A stretch of 64,000 nucleotides of DNA from an uncultured Bacteroidales bacterium (lineage in GTDB: Bacteria > Bacteroidota > Bacteroidia > Bacteroidales > G3-4614), in contig CASFRS010000027.1 in the NCBI GenBank assembly GCA_949297125.1, positions 1,812 to 65,811 on the forward strand, written 5' to 3'. The position numbers and the translations under genes are program-made. Below are positions 50,078 to 61,070 of the stretch, piece by piece; within the stretch, counting starts at the first letter, position 1, and each line of letters opens with the position of its first letter. The notes beneath the pieces are model-generated. The model was not told where the DNA came from. It saw only the letters and a program-made list of their open reading frames with translations, and did not search any database.

Positions 50078-51481
50078 ATGATAGATAAGAATTTCTTGCT
50101 TGAATCCGACTATGCCGTGTCGTTGTATGAACAGTTCGCCGCAGGATGCCCTATTATGGACTTCCACAATCATCTCGACCCCGAACTGATAGCGGAGGAT
50201 CACCGCTTTGAGGATATAACGGATCTGTGGCTTGGCGGCGACCACTACAAGTGGAGGGCCATGCGGGCCAACGGGGTAGACGAGCAGTTTATAACCGGCA
50301 AGGCGGCGAGCTATGCTAAGTTCGAGAAGTGGGCCGAAACGGTACAGTATGCAATGCGCAATCCGCTGTACCATTGGACGCATCTTGAACTCCTGCGTTA
50401 TTTCGGCATCTCCGGAACGCTCAACCCGTGCAGCGCGCGCCGGATATATGACCGTTGCAATGCCATGCTCCGCGAGGAGGGTTTCTCGGTAAGGGGATTG
50501 CTCGGGAAAATGAATGTCCGCGTACTTTGCACAACGGACGACCCTGCCGATGACCTGAGGTGGCACAAGGCTATTGCCGGGGATGCCGGTTTTACGGTAA
50601 AGGTACTGCCGTCGTGGCGTCCCGACAAGGTTATGGCCGTAGAAGGAGGGGAGGAATACAGAAGTTATGTCTCACGCCTGTCGGAGGCTGCCGGTATCGG
50701 GATAAGGTGTTTCCAGGACCTGATGGATGCCCTCTCTCTCCGTCAGGAATATTTTAAATCTCTCGGATGCTGCGGCGCCGACCACGGATTCCGGGATTTC
50801 CCCGACAAGGACTTTACCGATGCCGATTTGGAAACGGTTTTCAGTAAAGCCATGAAGGGAGAGAGCATATCTTCCGATGATGCGGAGACTTTCCGCAGCG
50901 GCATGATTTATCATCTGGCGAAGATGAACGCGGCGGCAGGATGGGTACAGCAGTTCCACATAGGTGCTATCAGGAACAACAACCCCCGGTATTTCCGTCA
51001 GATAGGCCCCGATGCCGGGTGCGATTCTATATCGGACGGGCGCGTGGCTTCCGGTCTGTCCCGTATTCTCGGCAAACTCGACGATGAAGGTGCTCTTGCG
51101 CGTACAATCCTTTACAACCTGAACCCGAAGGATTCGGAAACCATAATGGCCATGGCCTATAATTTCAATGACGGTTCCATCCCCGGAAAAATGCAATATG
51201 GCGCCGCATGGTGGTTCCTCGACCAGCAGGACGGTATCAGGCGTCAGATAGAGATTGTTTCGCACGGCGGTCTGTTGAGTCGGTTCGTGGGGATGCTTAC
51301 CGATTCGCGCAGCTTCCTTTCATTCCCGCGTCATGAGTATTTTCGCAGGATATTGTGCAATATCCTCGGCGATGACCTTGAAAAAGGATTGTTGCCGAAA
51401 GAAGAATATGATTTTATAGGCAATATGGTATCCGGTATCTGCTATGGCAATGCCATGAAATATTTCAACGTATCGGAATAA
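50078..51481 (+). CDS. uxaC: Glucuronate isomerase
   Basis: DFHNH, GDHYKWRAMR, NPLYHWTHLEL, TTDDP, WWFLD, GMLTDSRSFLS. Confidence 0.96.
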   Translation: MIDKNFLLESDYAVSLYEQFAAGCPIMDFHNHLDPELIAEDHRFEDITDLWLGGDHYKWRAMRANGVDEQFITGKAASYAKFEKWAETVQYAMRNPLYHWTHLELLRYFGISGTLNPCSARRIYDRCNAMLREEGFSVRGLLGKMNVRVLCTTDDPADDLRWHKAIAGDAGFTVKVLPSWRPDKVMAVEGGEEYRSYVSRLSEAAGIGIRCFQDLMDALSLRQEYFKSLGCCGADHGFRDFPDKDFTDADLETVFSKAMKGESISSDDAETFRSGMIYHLAKMNAAAGWVQQFHIGAIRNNNPRYFRQIGPDAGCDSISDGRVASGLSRILGKLDDEGALARTILYNLNPKDSETIMAMAYNFNDGSIPGKMQYGAAWWFLDQQDGIRRQIEIVSHGGLLSRFVGMLTDSRSFLSFPRHEYFRRILCNILGDDLEKGLLPKEEYDFIGNMVSGICYGNAMKYFNVSE

Positions 51482-51506
51482 TATGTCTGTCGCGGCGGTA
51501 CAGGTT

Positions 51507-52283
51507 TCAGACAGCGGCTTTCCTGCCATGCAGGAGGGCCGCTGTCTTGCTGAAAGCGGTTCTCGCGGCAAACCACAAGTGGAGCATCATTGTGGAAGCC
51601 TTTCCGTATTCGCGGCACATTACGGCATACCGTTCGCGCAGCGAAGCACGGTGGTTTTTCTCGGTCGTACCGCCCGAAAGGTAATTCACAAGGGTCATGC
51701 CGCTGTTCATGCAGACAGGACGCGGGCTTCTCTTGAGAATCCGTACGCACCAGTCGTAATCTGCCGAATATTTGAAAGCGAGGTCGTACGGCGGGGCAAT
51801 CTTCCTCCTTACCCAGAAAGCCTGGTGGCATACGGTCATTCCCATTCTGAAACTATCGAAGCGCAGTTCTTTTGGCGGCCGCAGGCGGCGCATTGCGATA
51901 AAATCCCCGTTAAGGTCTGTTATTGCCGTGTCGCCGTATAAGATATCCGGAGCCCCGGCTTTTATCATGCCGGCAGCTTTCAGCAGCGTATCGTCGGCGA
52001 AAAACGAGTCCCCGGCATTCAGGAAAATAAGATACTCTCCGCGGGCAATGCCAATCCCCTTGTTCATGGCATCGTATATGCCGCTGTCCGGTTCGCTTAC
52101 AACCCTGTCGCATCGCACGCCGCTATTTTTTACTATTTCCAGGGTCCCGTCGGAAGAAGCCCCGTCGATTATTATATACTCGTAATCCGCAAAAAGCTGT
52201 TCCCTTACGCTCTTTACGGTCCGTCCTATACAGCCGGCGGCATTGAAGCAGACTGTTATGATTGAAAAAAGCGGAGTCTCCAT
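51507..52283 (-). CDS. Glycosyltransferase family 2 (WcaE-like)
   Basis: SIITVCFN, IDGASSDGT, GIYDAMNKG, FLNAGD. Confidence 0.92.
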   Translation of the reverse strand: METPLFSIITVCFNAAGCIGRTVKSVREQLFADYEYIIIDGASSDGTLEIVKNSGVRCDRVVSEPDSGIYDAMNKGIGIARGEYLIFLNAGDSFFADDTLLKAAGMIKAGAPDILYGDTAITDLNGDFIAMRRLRPPKELRFDSFRMGMTVCHQAFWVRRKIAPPYDLAFKYSADYDWCVRILKRSPRPVCMNSGMTLVNYLSGGTTEKNHRASLRERYAVMCREYGKASTMMLHLWFAARTAFSKTAALLHGRKAAV

Positions 52284-52285
52284 GT

Positions 52286-53551
52286 TCAGTCCGTTATTCG
52301 GTTTTCCAGCAGTTCTCTGTAAAAGGCTATATGTTTATCCGCAACCGATTCGGGCGAGAAGCGGCCGGCAATGCTCTCCGAGGCATATCGTCCTGTCTCC
52401 TCCCCGCAGTTATCCAGAAGCCATTCCAGCCCGCGGGCCAGGTCGTTTATATCGGGATAAGCGGCAAGGTATCCGTTTTTCCCGTGCTCTATTATATCTC
52501 TCTGCCCGCCGTTGTCGAAAGCAAGGACAGGTGTACCGCAAGCCATGGCTTCGGCAATGACCTGCCCGAACGTCTCGTAATGCGAGGGTACGGCTGCCAC
52601 GTCGGAGGCTGCGTAAAGCGCGGCTCTCTCCTTTTCGTCATTTGTGCTCCCCGCGTAAACATGGCGGCAGGGAACCCTTTCAAGGAAATCGTCATCGTCC
52701 TTTATATTGCCGAAAAGCAGCAGCGTGATATCTTCCCTGTATTTGCAGCGCTCAATTGCATTGAACAGCATCCCGCTCCCCTTTATCGGGTCGTTGAGTT
52801 TCGCCGCCCCGAATATAACCACTCTGGCTTCCGGCAAGATACCGTATTTTCTGCGGACTTCCCCCTTGTCGAAGTTGCGGTTGTATATGCTGCAGTCTAT
52901 CGGGTTCGGAATAACCCTGCATTTGCATCCGCGGGTAATTGCACTTGCCTCGATGCGCCCCTTTATCCATTCGCTCAAGGCTACGATGCCTGTATTTTCC
53001 CCGAACATCCCTTCCTTTTGCTCCCATACCTTCGCCGCAAGGTCATGGTCCGACGGGGATGCAAGGAAGCGGCAATCGCAGCATCTTTCCGTAAAGCGCA
53101 TGCACCCGAACGAGTGGTGGCAGATAGCGGTGCAGTACCACATGTCGTGCGGCGTAACTACTATCTGTTTCCCCGAGGCGGCCAACCGTTTGATTTCCCT
53201 GACGGACAGCATCCCCTGGTTTACCCAGTGCAGGTGTATTATGTCGGCCTCCCTGACTTCCTTCAGGTTGGCAATACGCATTCCGAACCTTGCCGTGGAG
53301 ACTTCAAACAATCCGCGGCGCGACAGCTTGTTGCCGAGCCATATACCTGCACGTTCAAACAGGAATGCGCATTTGTACCTCAACCGTCGCATAAGTGAGT
53401 CGGAAAGGACGGTAACTCCGTCTCCCCCTTTTCCTTCGGCCGTTATGAAGCGTACCTTGATGCCTTTGCCCTTCAACGCTTCAAAAAGCCTCGATGCCGC
53501 AATAGCGGCGCCGCCGCCGCTTTGTCTGGTATTTACAATTGCTATTTTCAT
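52286..53551 (-). CDS. Glycosyltransferase family 4 (WcaC-like)
   Basis: GGAAIAA, IHLHWV, HDMW, ETFGQVIAEAMACGTPV. Confidence 0.92.
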   Translation of the reverse strand: MKIAIVNTRQSGGGAAIAASRLFEALKGKGIKVRFITAEGKGGDGVTVLSDSLMRRLRYKCAFLFERAGIWLGNKLSRRGLFEVSTARFGMRIANLKEVREADIIHLHWVNQGMLSVREIKRLAASGKQIVVTPHDMWYCTAICHHSFGCMRFTERCCDCRFLASPSDHDLAAKVWEQKEGMFGENTGIVALSEWIKGRIEASAITRGCKCRVIPNPIDCSIYNRNFDKGEVRRKYGILPEARVVIFGAAKLNDPIKGSGMLFNAIERCKYREDITLLLFGNIKDDDDFLERVPCRHVYAGSTNDEKERAALYAASDVAAVPSHYETFGQVIAEAMACGTPVLAFDNGGQRDIIEHGKNGYLAAYPDINDLARGLEWLLDNCGEETGRYASESIAGRFSPESVADKHIAFYRELLENRITD

Positions 53552-54453
53552 TTTGCAAACCGGGATAAAAATTCAAGAACCCTTACTCGCAGCTTGTTTG
53601 CGTATGATGTCCGCACAATATAGTTCAGGCGCAGGTTGTTCCGCGCTTCCGGATCTTCTGTCGCAGGGGTTATCAGTTTCGGTTCAAGATTCCCGGTGTA
53701 CAGCCTGACGGCGAACAGGTCGGGCGTATTGCAGTGCGTAGCCCCTTTCCCGAAACCGGTATTCACGGCAAGCGGTTTGCCCGCGTTGAGCGATACCTTG
53801 CCGTTTACGAATATGGAGGCGTTCCACCTTATGGCCCACGAGTTGTTCTTCCCCTCAATCTGTTCGCGCAGCATGCGCACGAAGTGATAACCGAGGTCGA
53901 ACCGTTTGGAGGCGCGCATCTTTTTTATCTTTTCCAGCAGTATCGTGCCGTCTGGTTCGAACAGGTCCCATCCCCGTTTCCATGTTGCCCAACCCCAACT
54001 GTCGGCAAACGATATCAGAAAATTATCGGGAAATTTCTGCGGACCTTCAAGAACGTGCGAGTTTATGTTTACCACCTCTTCCACATCCCTGTACAATACA
54101 AGGGCCTTGTTCATGAACTCGAGGAAACAGGGGGAGACCACGAGGTCGTCTTCCACCACTATGACCTTCCCGAACCGTTCCACGCTTTCGGAAACCCCCT
54201 TTATTATATTCGCGGCAAGCCCCGTATTTGCAGGGCTCTCGTGTATTTCAACCGACTTGAAGCCCTTTATGCTCCTTATATACGCCCTTACTGCGTCCAC
54301 TTCCGGCCTGTCTTTCTCTCCTTTTGCCCCGTCCGCAAAGATTACGAGCTCGCTTTTCGGGGCGAGCGGCGATTGCAGGAGCGATGCCACGCACCGTTCC
54401 GTCAGCAGCGGGCGGTTGTAGACGAAAAGCAAAACGGGGGCGAGGTTATTCAT
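53548..54453 (-). CDS. Glycosyltransferase (GT-A fold)
   Basis: APVLLFVYNRP, IVVEDD, SWGWATW. Confidence 0.88.
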   Translation of the reverse strand: MNNLAPVLLFVYNRPLLTERCVASLLQSPLAPKSELVIFADGAKGEKDRPEVDAVRAYIRSIKGFKSVEIHESPANTGLAANIIKGVSESVERFGKVIVVEDDLVVSPCFLEFMNKALVLYRDVEEVVNINSHVLEGPQKFPDNFLISFADSWGWATWKRGWDLFEPDGTILLEKIKKMRASKRFDLGYHFVRMLREQIEGKNNSWAIRWNASIFVNGKVSLNAGKPLAVNTGFGKGATHCNTPDLFAVRLYTGNLEPKLITPATEDPEARNNLRLNYIVRTSYANKLRVRVLEFLSRFAK

Positions 54454-55900
54454 GTCCGGTCAGTTTTCTGATTAACAAAGAGCGGCATTCAATTAAAATC
54501 TCCATTTTCAGCAGCGAGGCGATGCCGATATATATAATGCCGAATACCGCCAGGGATGAAAGAAGGCGTATCCACTCCCCTCCCGTTATCAGCAGGCAGA
54601 GCGCAGCGCCTCCCATGGATGCCAGGGTGAGCAGCAGATACGGCATTATGTCCGCAATGAAATCCCTTATCCTGTATCCGGTCTTTGCCGCCGAAATCAT
54701 GCATGTAGTGCACAGCGACAATAGTGTATAGGCGACCCACAGCCATATAAGCGGCATTATTCCCTGTCCCGTGCATATTATGTATCCGATACCGGCGACG
54801 AGGAATATTTTTTTCCCTATTTCCATTTTAAAGTTTATGTCCGACCTCCCTACGGTATTGAAAAGGTCGTAGTACAAAATTATGAAAGGGGAGAAACTGC
54901 CGGCAATGGAGAGCACCCTCAGTATGGGTACCGACTCTTTCCATTTTTCGGTAATAAGGCTCAATATGAGCGGTTCCGCCACGACAATCATCGCCCCCAT
55001 TATGGGGAATATGAAAAATGCCGTGGTACGTATATATTTTCCGAATACGCGCAGCAGCCGTTCCTGGTCGTTGTTTATGGACGACAGAACCGGAAAAGCC
55101 ACGCTGCGGAATATGTTGCCGATAAGGGCCGACGGTATATCCTGGAACTTGTACGCCTGCGTATAGAAGCCTACCGCACTGGCCGAAAAGCTCTTGCCAA
55201 TGATCATCGGGTATATGTTGTTGAAAACCGTGTTCAGTATTCCTGTGCCGAGCAGGTTGGAACTGTATCCGGCAAATTCGCGCAGAGACGAGAAACGGAA
55301 CGAAGCCGAAGGCTTCCAGTTGCCGTAATACCACAACAGGGTCGATTTGATAGCCGCCATTCCCACAGCCTGGACCACCAGCGCCCACACTCCTGCGCCT
55401 TCCATTGCAACCCATATTGCCGCGGCGGAAGCAACCCCCAGCGATATGTTGTTGATTCGGGCAAGGTACGTGAACTTTATTTCCTTGAACATCCGGGTCT
55501 GCTGTATCAGCCCGAAAGCCTGGAAAACTATCGCAAGGAAAAGCACACGTGAAATTTCCGTAAGTTGACCGATACCGAAAAACGAAGCTATCAGAGGTGC
55601 GCAGAAAAAGAGAATGGCGTAAAAGACCGCCGACAGTATCATGTTGAAATAGAATACCGTGGCGTAATCAGTTTCAGTCGCTCCGCGTTTACGTATAAGC
55701 GCAGAACCGAAACCACTGTCTATCAGAATATTGGAGAGCGCCGTAAAGAGTGCCAGCAGCCCCATTTTCCCGTAGTCCGACGGCATGAGGATATTTGCGA
55801 GTACAACACCCGAAACGAAGTACAGAATCTGTTGTCCGAACTTGTCGAAGAAGCTCCATATCAAGGCCTTCTCTGTCTTGGATTTCAAATTGTCGGACAT
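54446..55900 (-). CDS. wzx: Oligosaccharide flippase (Wzx/PST family)
   Basis: DYGKMG, DSGFGSALI, about 12 TM helices; ATG 55900. Confidence 0.9.
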   Translation of the reverse strand: MSDNLKSKTEKALIWSFFDKFGQQILYFVSGVVLANILMPSDYGKMGLLALFTALSNILIDSGFGSALIRKRGATETDYATVFYFNMILSAVFYAILFFCAPLIASFFGIGQLTEISRVLFLAIVFQAFGLIQQTRMFKEIKFTYLARINNISLGVASAAAIWVAMEGAGVWALVVQAVGMAAIKSTLLWYYGNWKPSASFRFSSLREFAGYSSNLLGTGILNTVFNNIYPMIIGKSFSASAVGFYTQAYKFQDIPSALIGNIFRSVAFPVLSSINNDQERLLRVFGKYIRTTAFFIFPIMGAMIVVAEPLILSLITEKWKESVPILRVLSIAGSFSPFIILYYDLFNTVGRSDINFKMEIGKKIFLVAGIGYIICTGQGIMPLIWLWVAYTLLSLCTTCMISAAKTGYRIRDFIADIMPYLLLTLASMGGAALCLLITGGEWIRLLSSLAVFGIIYIGIASLLKMEILIECRSLLIRKLTGHE

Positions 55901-56028
55901 GGTATTGTATACTTTGCGTTTAAATATGGTTCGGCCTGCAATACATATGGCAGCCGTCAGTGCCGCCGCGCGTTCAGGCAAAAAATATCCCGCCCTCTTC
56001 TCCGTTACGGGAAAAGGGCAGGAAAATA

Positions 56029-58068
56029 TTATTTGACCTCGCTGCCGGGGGTAACGTCGGCTGCGGGTGAAACCACAGCAAGCCTGCCGTCGGCATCTTC
56101 GGCGGAGAGAATCATCCCTTCCGAAAGGATGCCTTTCAGTTTGCGCGGTTCAAGATTGGCGACGAAGCAGACCTGTTTCCCTACCAGTTCCTCGGGTTCG
56201 TAGTATTTGGCTATGCCCGAGACTATGGTACGTCCCTTGAGTCCGTCATCTATTTTCAGTTGCAGGAGCTTGTCGGCTTTGGGAACCTTGCTGCATTCCG
56301 TTACCCTCCCTACGCGTATATCCAGTTTCATGAAGTCTTCAAAACCGATGTTCTCCCTTATCGGGGCGACGGACGGTTCGGCCTTCATGTTTTCCTGTTT
56401 TGTGTCGTGCAGTTTCTTTATCTGCGCCTCGATAACCGCATCGTCTATCTTCTCGAACAGCAGTTCTGCGGGTTCTACGGTATCCCCGGCCTTGAGTATG
56501 TCTATCGACCCTATCTTGTCCCATTCGGCCGATGCCATGTTCAGCAGTTTGCGGAGTTTCGCCGCGGAGAATGGGAGGAACGGCTCGAACACGATAGCGA
56601 GGTTGGCCGAGATCTGCAGTGCTATGTTCAGTATCGTAGCCACCCGGGCCATGTCGGTTTTTGCCAGCTTCCACGGCTCGGTGTCGGCAAGGTATTTGTT
56701 CCCGATGCGTGCGAGATTCATGGCCTCGCGCAGGGCATCCCTGAAACGGTAAGTGGAGAGATACCTTTCAAGTTCCTCCTTTATCGACTTGAACTCCTCA
56801 AGCACCGAGTTGTCGTAATCCGTCAGTTCCCCGCGTTGCGGGACCTTGCCGTCGAAATACTTGTGCGTAAGGACTATCGAGCGGTTTATGAAGTTCCCGA
56901 ATATGGCCACCAGCTCGTTGTTGTTGCGGGCCTGAAAATCGCGCCAAGTAAAATCGTTGTCTTTCGTCTCCGGGGCATTCGCCGTCAGCACATAGCGCAG
57001 GACATCCTGCTTCCCGGGGAAATCGGCAAGATATTCATGTAGCCATACGGCCCAGTTCCTTGAAGTGGAAATCTTGTCTCCCTCAAGGTTCAGGAACTCG
57101 TTGGCCGGGACGTTCTCGGGAAGGATAAAGCTCCCCTCTGCCTTGAGCATGGTGGGGAAAACAATGCAGTGGAAAACTATATTGTCTTTCCCTATGAAAT
57201 GGACCAGTTTGGTTTCGCTGTCCTTCCAGTAAAGTTCCCATTTGTCGGGGAGGAGTTCTTTTGTGTTGGAAATGTACCCGATAGGTGCATCGAACCATAC
57301 GTACAGCACTTTGCCTTCGGCCCCTTCTACCGGAACGGGTACGCCCCAGTCCAGGTCGCGGCTTACCGCCCTGGGTTGCAGCCCCATGTCGAGCCAGGAC
57401 TTGCATTGGCCGTAGACATTGGTTTTCCATTCCTTGTGCCCTTCCAGAATCCATTCCCGCAAGAACCCTTCGTATTTGTCCAGCGGCAGATACCAGTGCT
57501 TCGTTTCGCGCAGGACAGGTGCACTGCCGCTTATAGTGGATTTCGGGTTTATCAGGTCGGTTGCATTGAGCGACGTACCGCAGGCTTCGCACTGGTCGCC
57601 GTAGGCATGCTCGTTCTTGCAATGCGGGCAAGTACCCGTAATATATCTGTCGGCAAGGAACTGTCCGGCTTCCGTGTCGTAGTACTGTTCGGTGGTCTTT
57701 TCTATGAAAACCCCCTTATCGTAGAGTGTCCTGAAAAAGTCCGATGCCGTTTTGCGGTGAATGTCGGATGTGGTGCGGGAATAGATATCGAACGATATTC
57801 CGAACTCCTCGAACGACTTTTTGATTATTCCGTGGTATCTGTCCACAATCTCCTGAGGGGTAACCCCTTCCTTACGGGCCTTTATGGTAATGGGAACCCC
57901 GTGTTCGTCCGAACCCCCTATCATTATAACGTCTTCGCCCTTGAGCCTCAAGTATCTGGTATAAATATCGGCGGGGACGTATACGCCCGCAAGGTGGCCT
58001 ATGTGAACCGGGCCGTTTGCGTAAGGCAAAGCCGTGGTAACTAATGTGCGTTTATATTTTTTATCCAT
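56029..58068 (-). CDS. metG: Methionine--tRNA ligase
   Basis: [11 protein letters not shown], zinc knuckle, YVWFDA, KISTS, C-terminal tRNA-binding domain. Confidence 0.98.
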   Translation of the reverse strand: MDKKYKRTLVTTALPYANGPVHIGHLAGVYVPADIYTRYLRLKGEDVIMIGGSDEHGVPITIKARKEGVTPQEIVDRYHGIIKKSFEEFGISFDIYSRTTSDIHRKTASDFFRTLYDKGVFIEKTTEQYYDTEAGQFLADRYITGTCPHCKNEHAYGDQCEACGTSLNATDLINPKSTISGSAPVLRETKHWYLPLDKYEGFLREWILEGHKEWKTNVYGQCKSWLDMGLQPRAVSRDLDWGVPVPVEGAEGKVLYVWFDAPIGYISNTKELLPDKWELYWKDSETKLVHFIGKDNIVFHCIVFPTMLKAEGSFILPENVPANEFLNLEGDKISTSRNWAVWLHEYLADFPGKQDVLRYVLTANAPETKDNDFTWRDFQARNNNELVAIFGNFINRSIVLTHKYFDGKVPQRGELTDYDNSVLEEFKSIKEELERYLSTYRFRDALREAMNLARIGNKYLADTEPWKLAKTDMARVATILNIALQISANLAIVFEPFLPFSAAKLRKLLNMASAEWDKIGSIDILKAGDTVEPAELLFEKIDDAVIEAQIKKLHDTKQENMKAEPSVAPIRENIGFEDFMKLDIRVGRVTECSKVPKADKLLQLKIDDGLKGRTIVSGIAKYYEPEELVGKQVCFVANLEPRKLKGILSEGMILSAEDADGRLAVVSPAADVTPGSEVK

Positions 58069-58103
58069 ATTGCGTTGTCCTTTTATATTGTGTCTGTTTA
58101 AAT

Positions 58104-59621
58104 CTATAGTTCATCGTTTATTTTCAGCATCTCCTCGATGTATTCGCGATTGTTGCTCAGCCGCGGTATTTTATGTTGGCCTCCCAGTTTCCCTTTTCTC
58201 CTGAGCCATTCGTCGAACACCCCTTTCCGGGCGGCTACTATCTCGGGACGGTCCAAGGCCAGTCCTTTATAACGTTTCGCCTCGTAGTCCGAATTGAGAC
58301 TTTGCAACGCGGCATCGAGTTTGTCGGCGAAGCCGTCGACCGAATCCGGCATTTTGGAGAACTCTATAAGCCACTGGTGGCGTCCCTTGTCTTTCCCCGA
58401 CATGAACACCGGGGCTGCGCTGTAATTTGCGACCTCCGCACCGGTTTCGCGGCAGGCCATTGCAATCCCCTTTTCGGCATTGTCTACCATCAGTTCCTCG
58501 CCGAATGCGTTGATAAAGTGCTTTATCCTTCCGGCAATGGTTATTTTCAGCGGGTTCACCGAAGAGACTTTTACCGTGTCGCCTATTTTGTAACGCCATA
58601 ACCCGCTGTTTGTGGTTATGACAAGGGCGTAGGTCTTCCCCGCTTCAACTTCCCAGTAGGGGAGGACGGTCGGGTTGTCGCTGTCGGCCTCGTCGACAGG
58701 GATGAACTCAAAGAAAATGCCGAGGTCGATAAGCAGCAGCATGGCGCGGTCGTCAAGGTCGTTCTGGACGGCGAAGAATCCTTCCGAGGCGTTGTACGTC
58801 TCCACGTAGTGCATCTTCGGCGATACAATCAGGTCTTTGTATTGCTGGCGGTAAGGTTCAAAACTTATGCCGCCGTGAAAAAACACCTCAAGGTTAGGCC
58901 AGACTTCATTCAGGTACTGCCTGCCGCTTTCCTGCAGAATCCGTTTTATAAGTACCAGAAACCAGGACGGCACGCCGGAGAGGTTGGTTACGTTCTCGTT
59001 GATTGACGTACGGCATATCTTCTCTATTTTCGACTCCCATTCCGACATCAACGCTATTTCCTTCGACGGAATCCTTATCAGATTGACCAGCGCGGGGATG
59101 TTCTGTATCAGTACTGCCGACAAATCGCCGCAGTGATAGTGCCCCTCCAGCTGGCTTATGCTGTGGCTTCCCCCGAGAATCAGCCCCTTGCCGCTGAAAA
59201 AGTTGCTTTCCGGATTCATCCCGAGATAGAGGGCCACGCAGTCTCCCCCGCCTTTATAGTGGCACTCTTTGCGCGCTTCGTCCGATACGGGGATGAACTT
59301 GCTTTTGTCGTTGGTCGTCCCCGACGATTTGGCGAACCATTTTATCTTCGACGGCCAGATAATGTTCTGCTCCCCTTTCAGCATCCTTTCCACATATGGC
59401 TTTACTCCTTCGTAGTCTATGACGGGGACTCTTCCGGCAAACCCCTTGTAGTCGGACGTTATTTCGCCGAACCCGTATTTTTTCCCTATTTCCGTATTCC
59501 TGGCGGCATTCAGAAGTTCTGAAAGGACTTTCCTCTGGATATCTTCTTCTCTGTCCTTATACAGCGCAATCTCTTTTTCCCTTTTGCGGAAAAGAGGTCT
59601 CAATGCATCCGTAATGTTCAT
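58104..59621 (-). CDS. GH3 auxin-responsive-promoter family protein (acyl-adenylate-forming)
   Basis: [30 protein letters not shown]. Confidence 0.9.
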   Translation of the reverse strand: MNITDALRPLFRKREKEIALYKDREEDIQRKVLSELLNAARNTEIGKKYGFGEITSDYKGFAGRVPVIDYEGVKPYVERMLKGEQNIIWPSKIKWFAKSSGTTNDKSKFIPVSDEARKECHYKGGGDCVALYLGMNPESNFFSGKGLILGGSHSISQLEGHYHCGDLSAVLIQNIPALVNLIRIPSKEIALMSEWESKIEKICRTSINENVTNLSGVPSWFLVLIKRILQESGRQYLNEVWPNLEVFFHGGISFEPYRQQYKDLIVSPKMHYVETYNASEGFFAVQNDLDDRAMLLLIDLGIFFEFIPVDEADSDNPTVLPYWEVEAGKTYALVITTNSGLWRYKIGDTVKVSSVNPLKITIAGRIKHFINAFGEELMVDNAEKGIAMACRETGAEVANYSAAPVFMSGKDKGRHQWLIEFSKMPDSVDGFADKLDAALQSLNSDYEAKRYKGLALDRPEIVAARKGVFDEWLRRKGKLGGQHKIPRLSNNREYIEEMLKINDEL

Positions 59622-59741
59622 AATCCTGCAATTTTAGTTTGCGGCAGCTTTTGCCGCCGTTTCAAACCCGGTTTATATGCAGTGCAAAATTACAATATTT
59701 TACCGTATATTGTATGTTCCAATGGGCTTAAAAGGGGGGCT

Positions 59742-60815
59742 CTATTCCGATGCGAGGAGAATTTTCCGCAGTGTTTTGCTCTTTTTGCCGTCCATGCCTA
59801 TCCGGTCGGAAAGGAAATTGTCCATCGAGCCGAATTCCCTTTCTATGAAGTTGAATGTGCAGACCAGATCCGAACGGTTGTTCCGGATTATCCTGGTTAT
59901 GCTTTCCTGCACATTGTCGCCCATACCAGATATGCGGCTTCTGATACCCCTTGAGTTGAAGTATTGGTTGGCCCATGTGTAGTCTTCGAGAATAAGGTCC
60001 TCGGGGACGCCGAGGGCGGAGAGAAGCAGGACGGATGCAAAGTCGCAATACCCTTTTCCGTACCGCGAGGTTATCACTATCGGGTAGTTCTCTTCATCTT
60101 CAAGGAGCTCGAATATTTCGGCGTATTTTTTGCAGGCATCCTCCTTTGTGAGGGAGATGAAAAAGTCCTGCATGAAGATGCGTGCGTCCCCTTTGCGGAA
60201 CTCTCCGTCGTATATTCTCTCCTCCAGCCGCGTATTGTCGAAATTGTTCATCGACAGTTTCAGGGTTTTCCTGACGTTCAGGCCGTATGGCTTTATGCGG
60301 TCGGAACTGTCGTTCGATAAGTCTATGATTGTCCTTATGCCGAGGTTGTGGAAGCGTTCCCTGTCGATGTCGCTGAGGGTGTCAAGCCTTCCCGAACGGT
60401 ATATCATGCCCCATTTCGTGTACTTGTTGTCCTCGTTGCGGTATCCTCCGAAATCCCGGAATACGTATGCGCTTTTCATGTTTGCGCCCCGTGTGCCTAC
60501 AACCCTGCTGATTTTATCGTTGAAAACTATTTTGAAGTAGAAACGGCGTTTTATGTCGGGTGTGGTTATCCTGATATAGTTCTTGTCCACGTCAGCCTCG
60601 GCTATCGGCCTGGACAGGTCGAACTTCCCGGGGTCTTCCGAAATGTAGACTTTTACATGTCCCTCTATTTTGGGGTATATGTCCCATTTTACAACGTACC
60701 CTTTGCCGGGTATCACATCGCAGGCGGCTATCATGTCTATTTCCTGATGGCTGCACGACGAAACGGCAAAGTAGGTTGCAACAGATGCCAGGTATGTTAA
60801 AATAGTACGGAACAT
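59742..60815 (-). CDS. Tyrosine-protein phosphatase family (Y_phosphatase3) lipoprotein with degenerate active site
   Basis: Lipobox VSSC; FRDFGGY, IYRSG, IRTIIDL, LLSALGV..ILEDY; P-loop reads ITSRYGKGYC. Confidence 0.82.
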   Translation of the reverse strand: MFRTILTYLASVATYFAVSSCSHQEIDMIAACDVIPGKGYVVKWDIYPKIEGHVKVYISEDPGKFDLSRPIAEADVDKNYIRITTPDIKRRFYFKIVFNDKISRVVGTRGANMKSAYVFRDFGGYRNEDNKYTKWGMIYRSGRLDTLSDIDRERFHNLGIRTIIDLSNDSSDRIKPYGLNVRKTLKLSMNNFDNTRLEERIYDGEFRKGDARIFMQDFFISLTKEDACKKYAEIFELLEDEENYPIVITSRYGKGYCDFASVLLLSALGVPEDLILEDYTWANQYFNSRGIRSRISGMGDNVQESITRIIRNNRSDLVCTFNFIEREFGSMDNFLSDRIGMDGKKSKTLRKILLASE

Positions 60816-61070
60816 GTATTGTCTCCAATTTCCTGTTTTCCGGTCTGTAAAAGGCAAATTATCTGCACGCTCTTTCCCTTTTCCGTATTCTTGTCTGATA
60901 CGGGTCTTTTTTCCCGTCGGCGTTGTGGGTCTGCCCGTGCTGTCTACGGATATCCTGTCATCTCAGGTAACCGTAATATCGCAAAGGTATTAAATAGTCG
61001 GTTATTTGCGAATACGGAATAACGGCACGGTTTGTTAAAAATAGCTTTATTGTGTTTTTGTATTATTATA

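Noticed and set aside
60816-60989. Structured RNA (e.g. rnpB) in the 160-nt leader of the phosphatase gene
   Set aside because: No RNase P conserved motifs and no convincing long stems.
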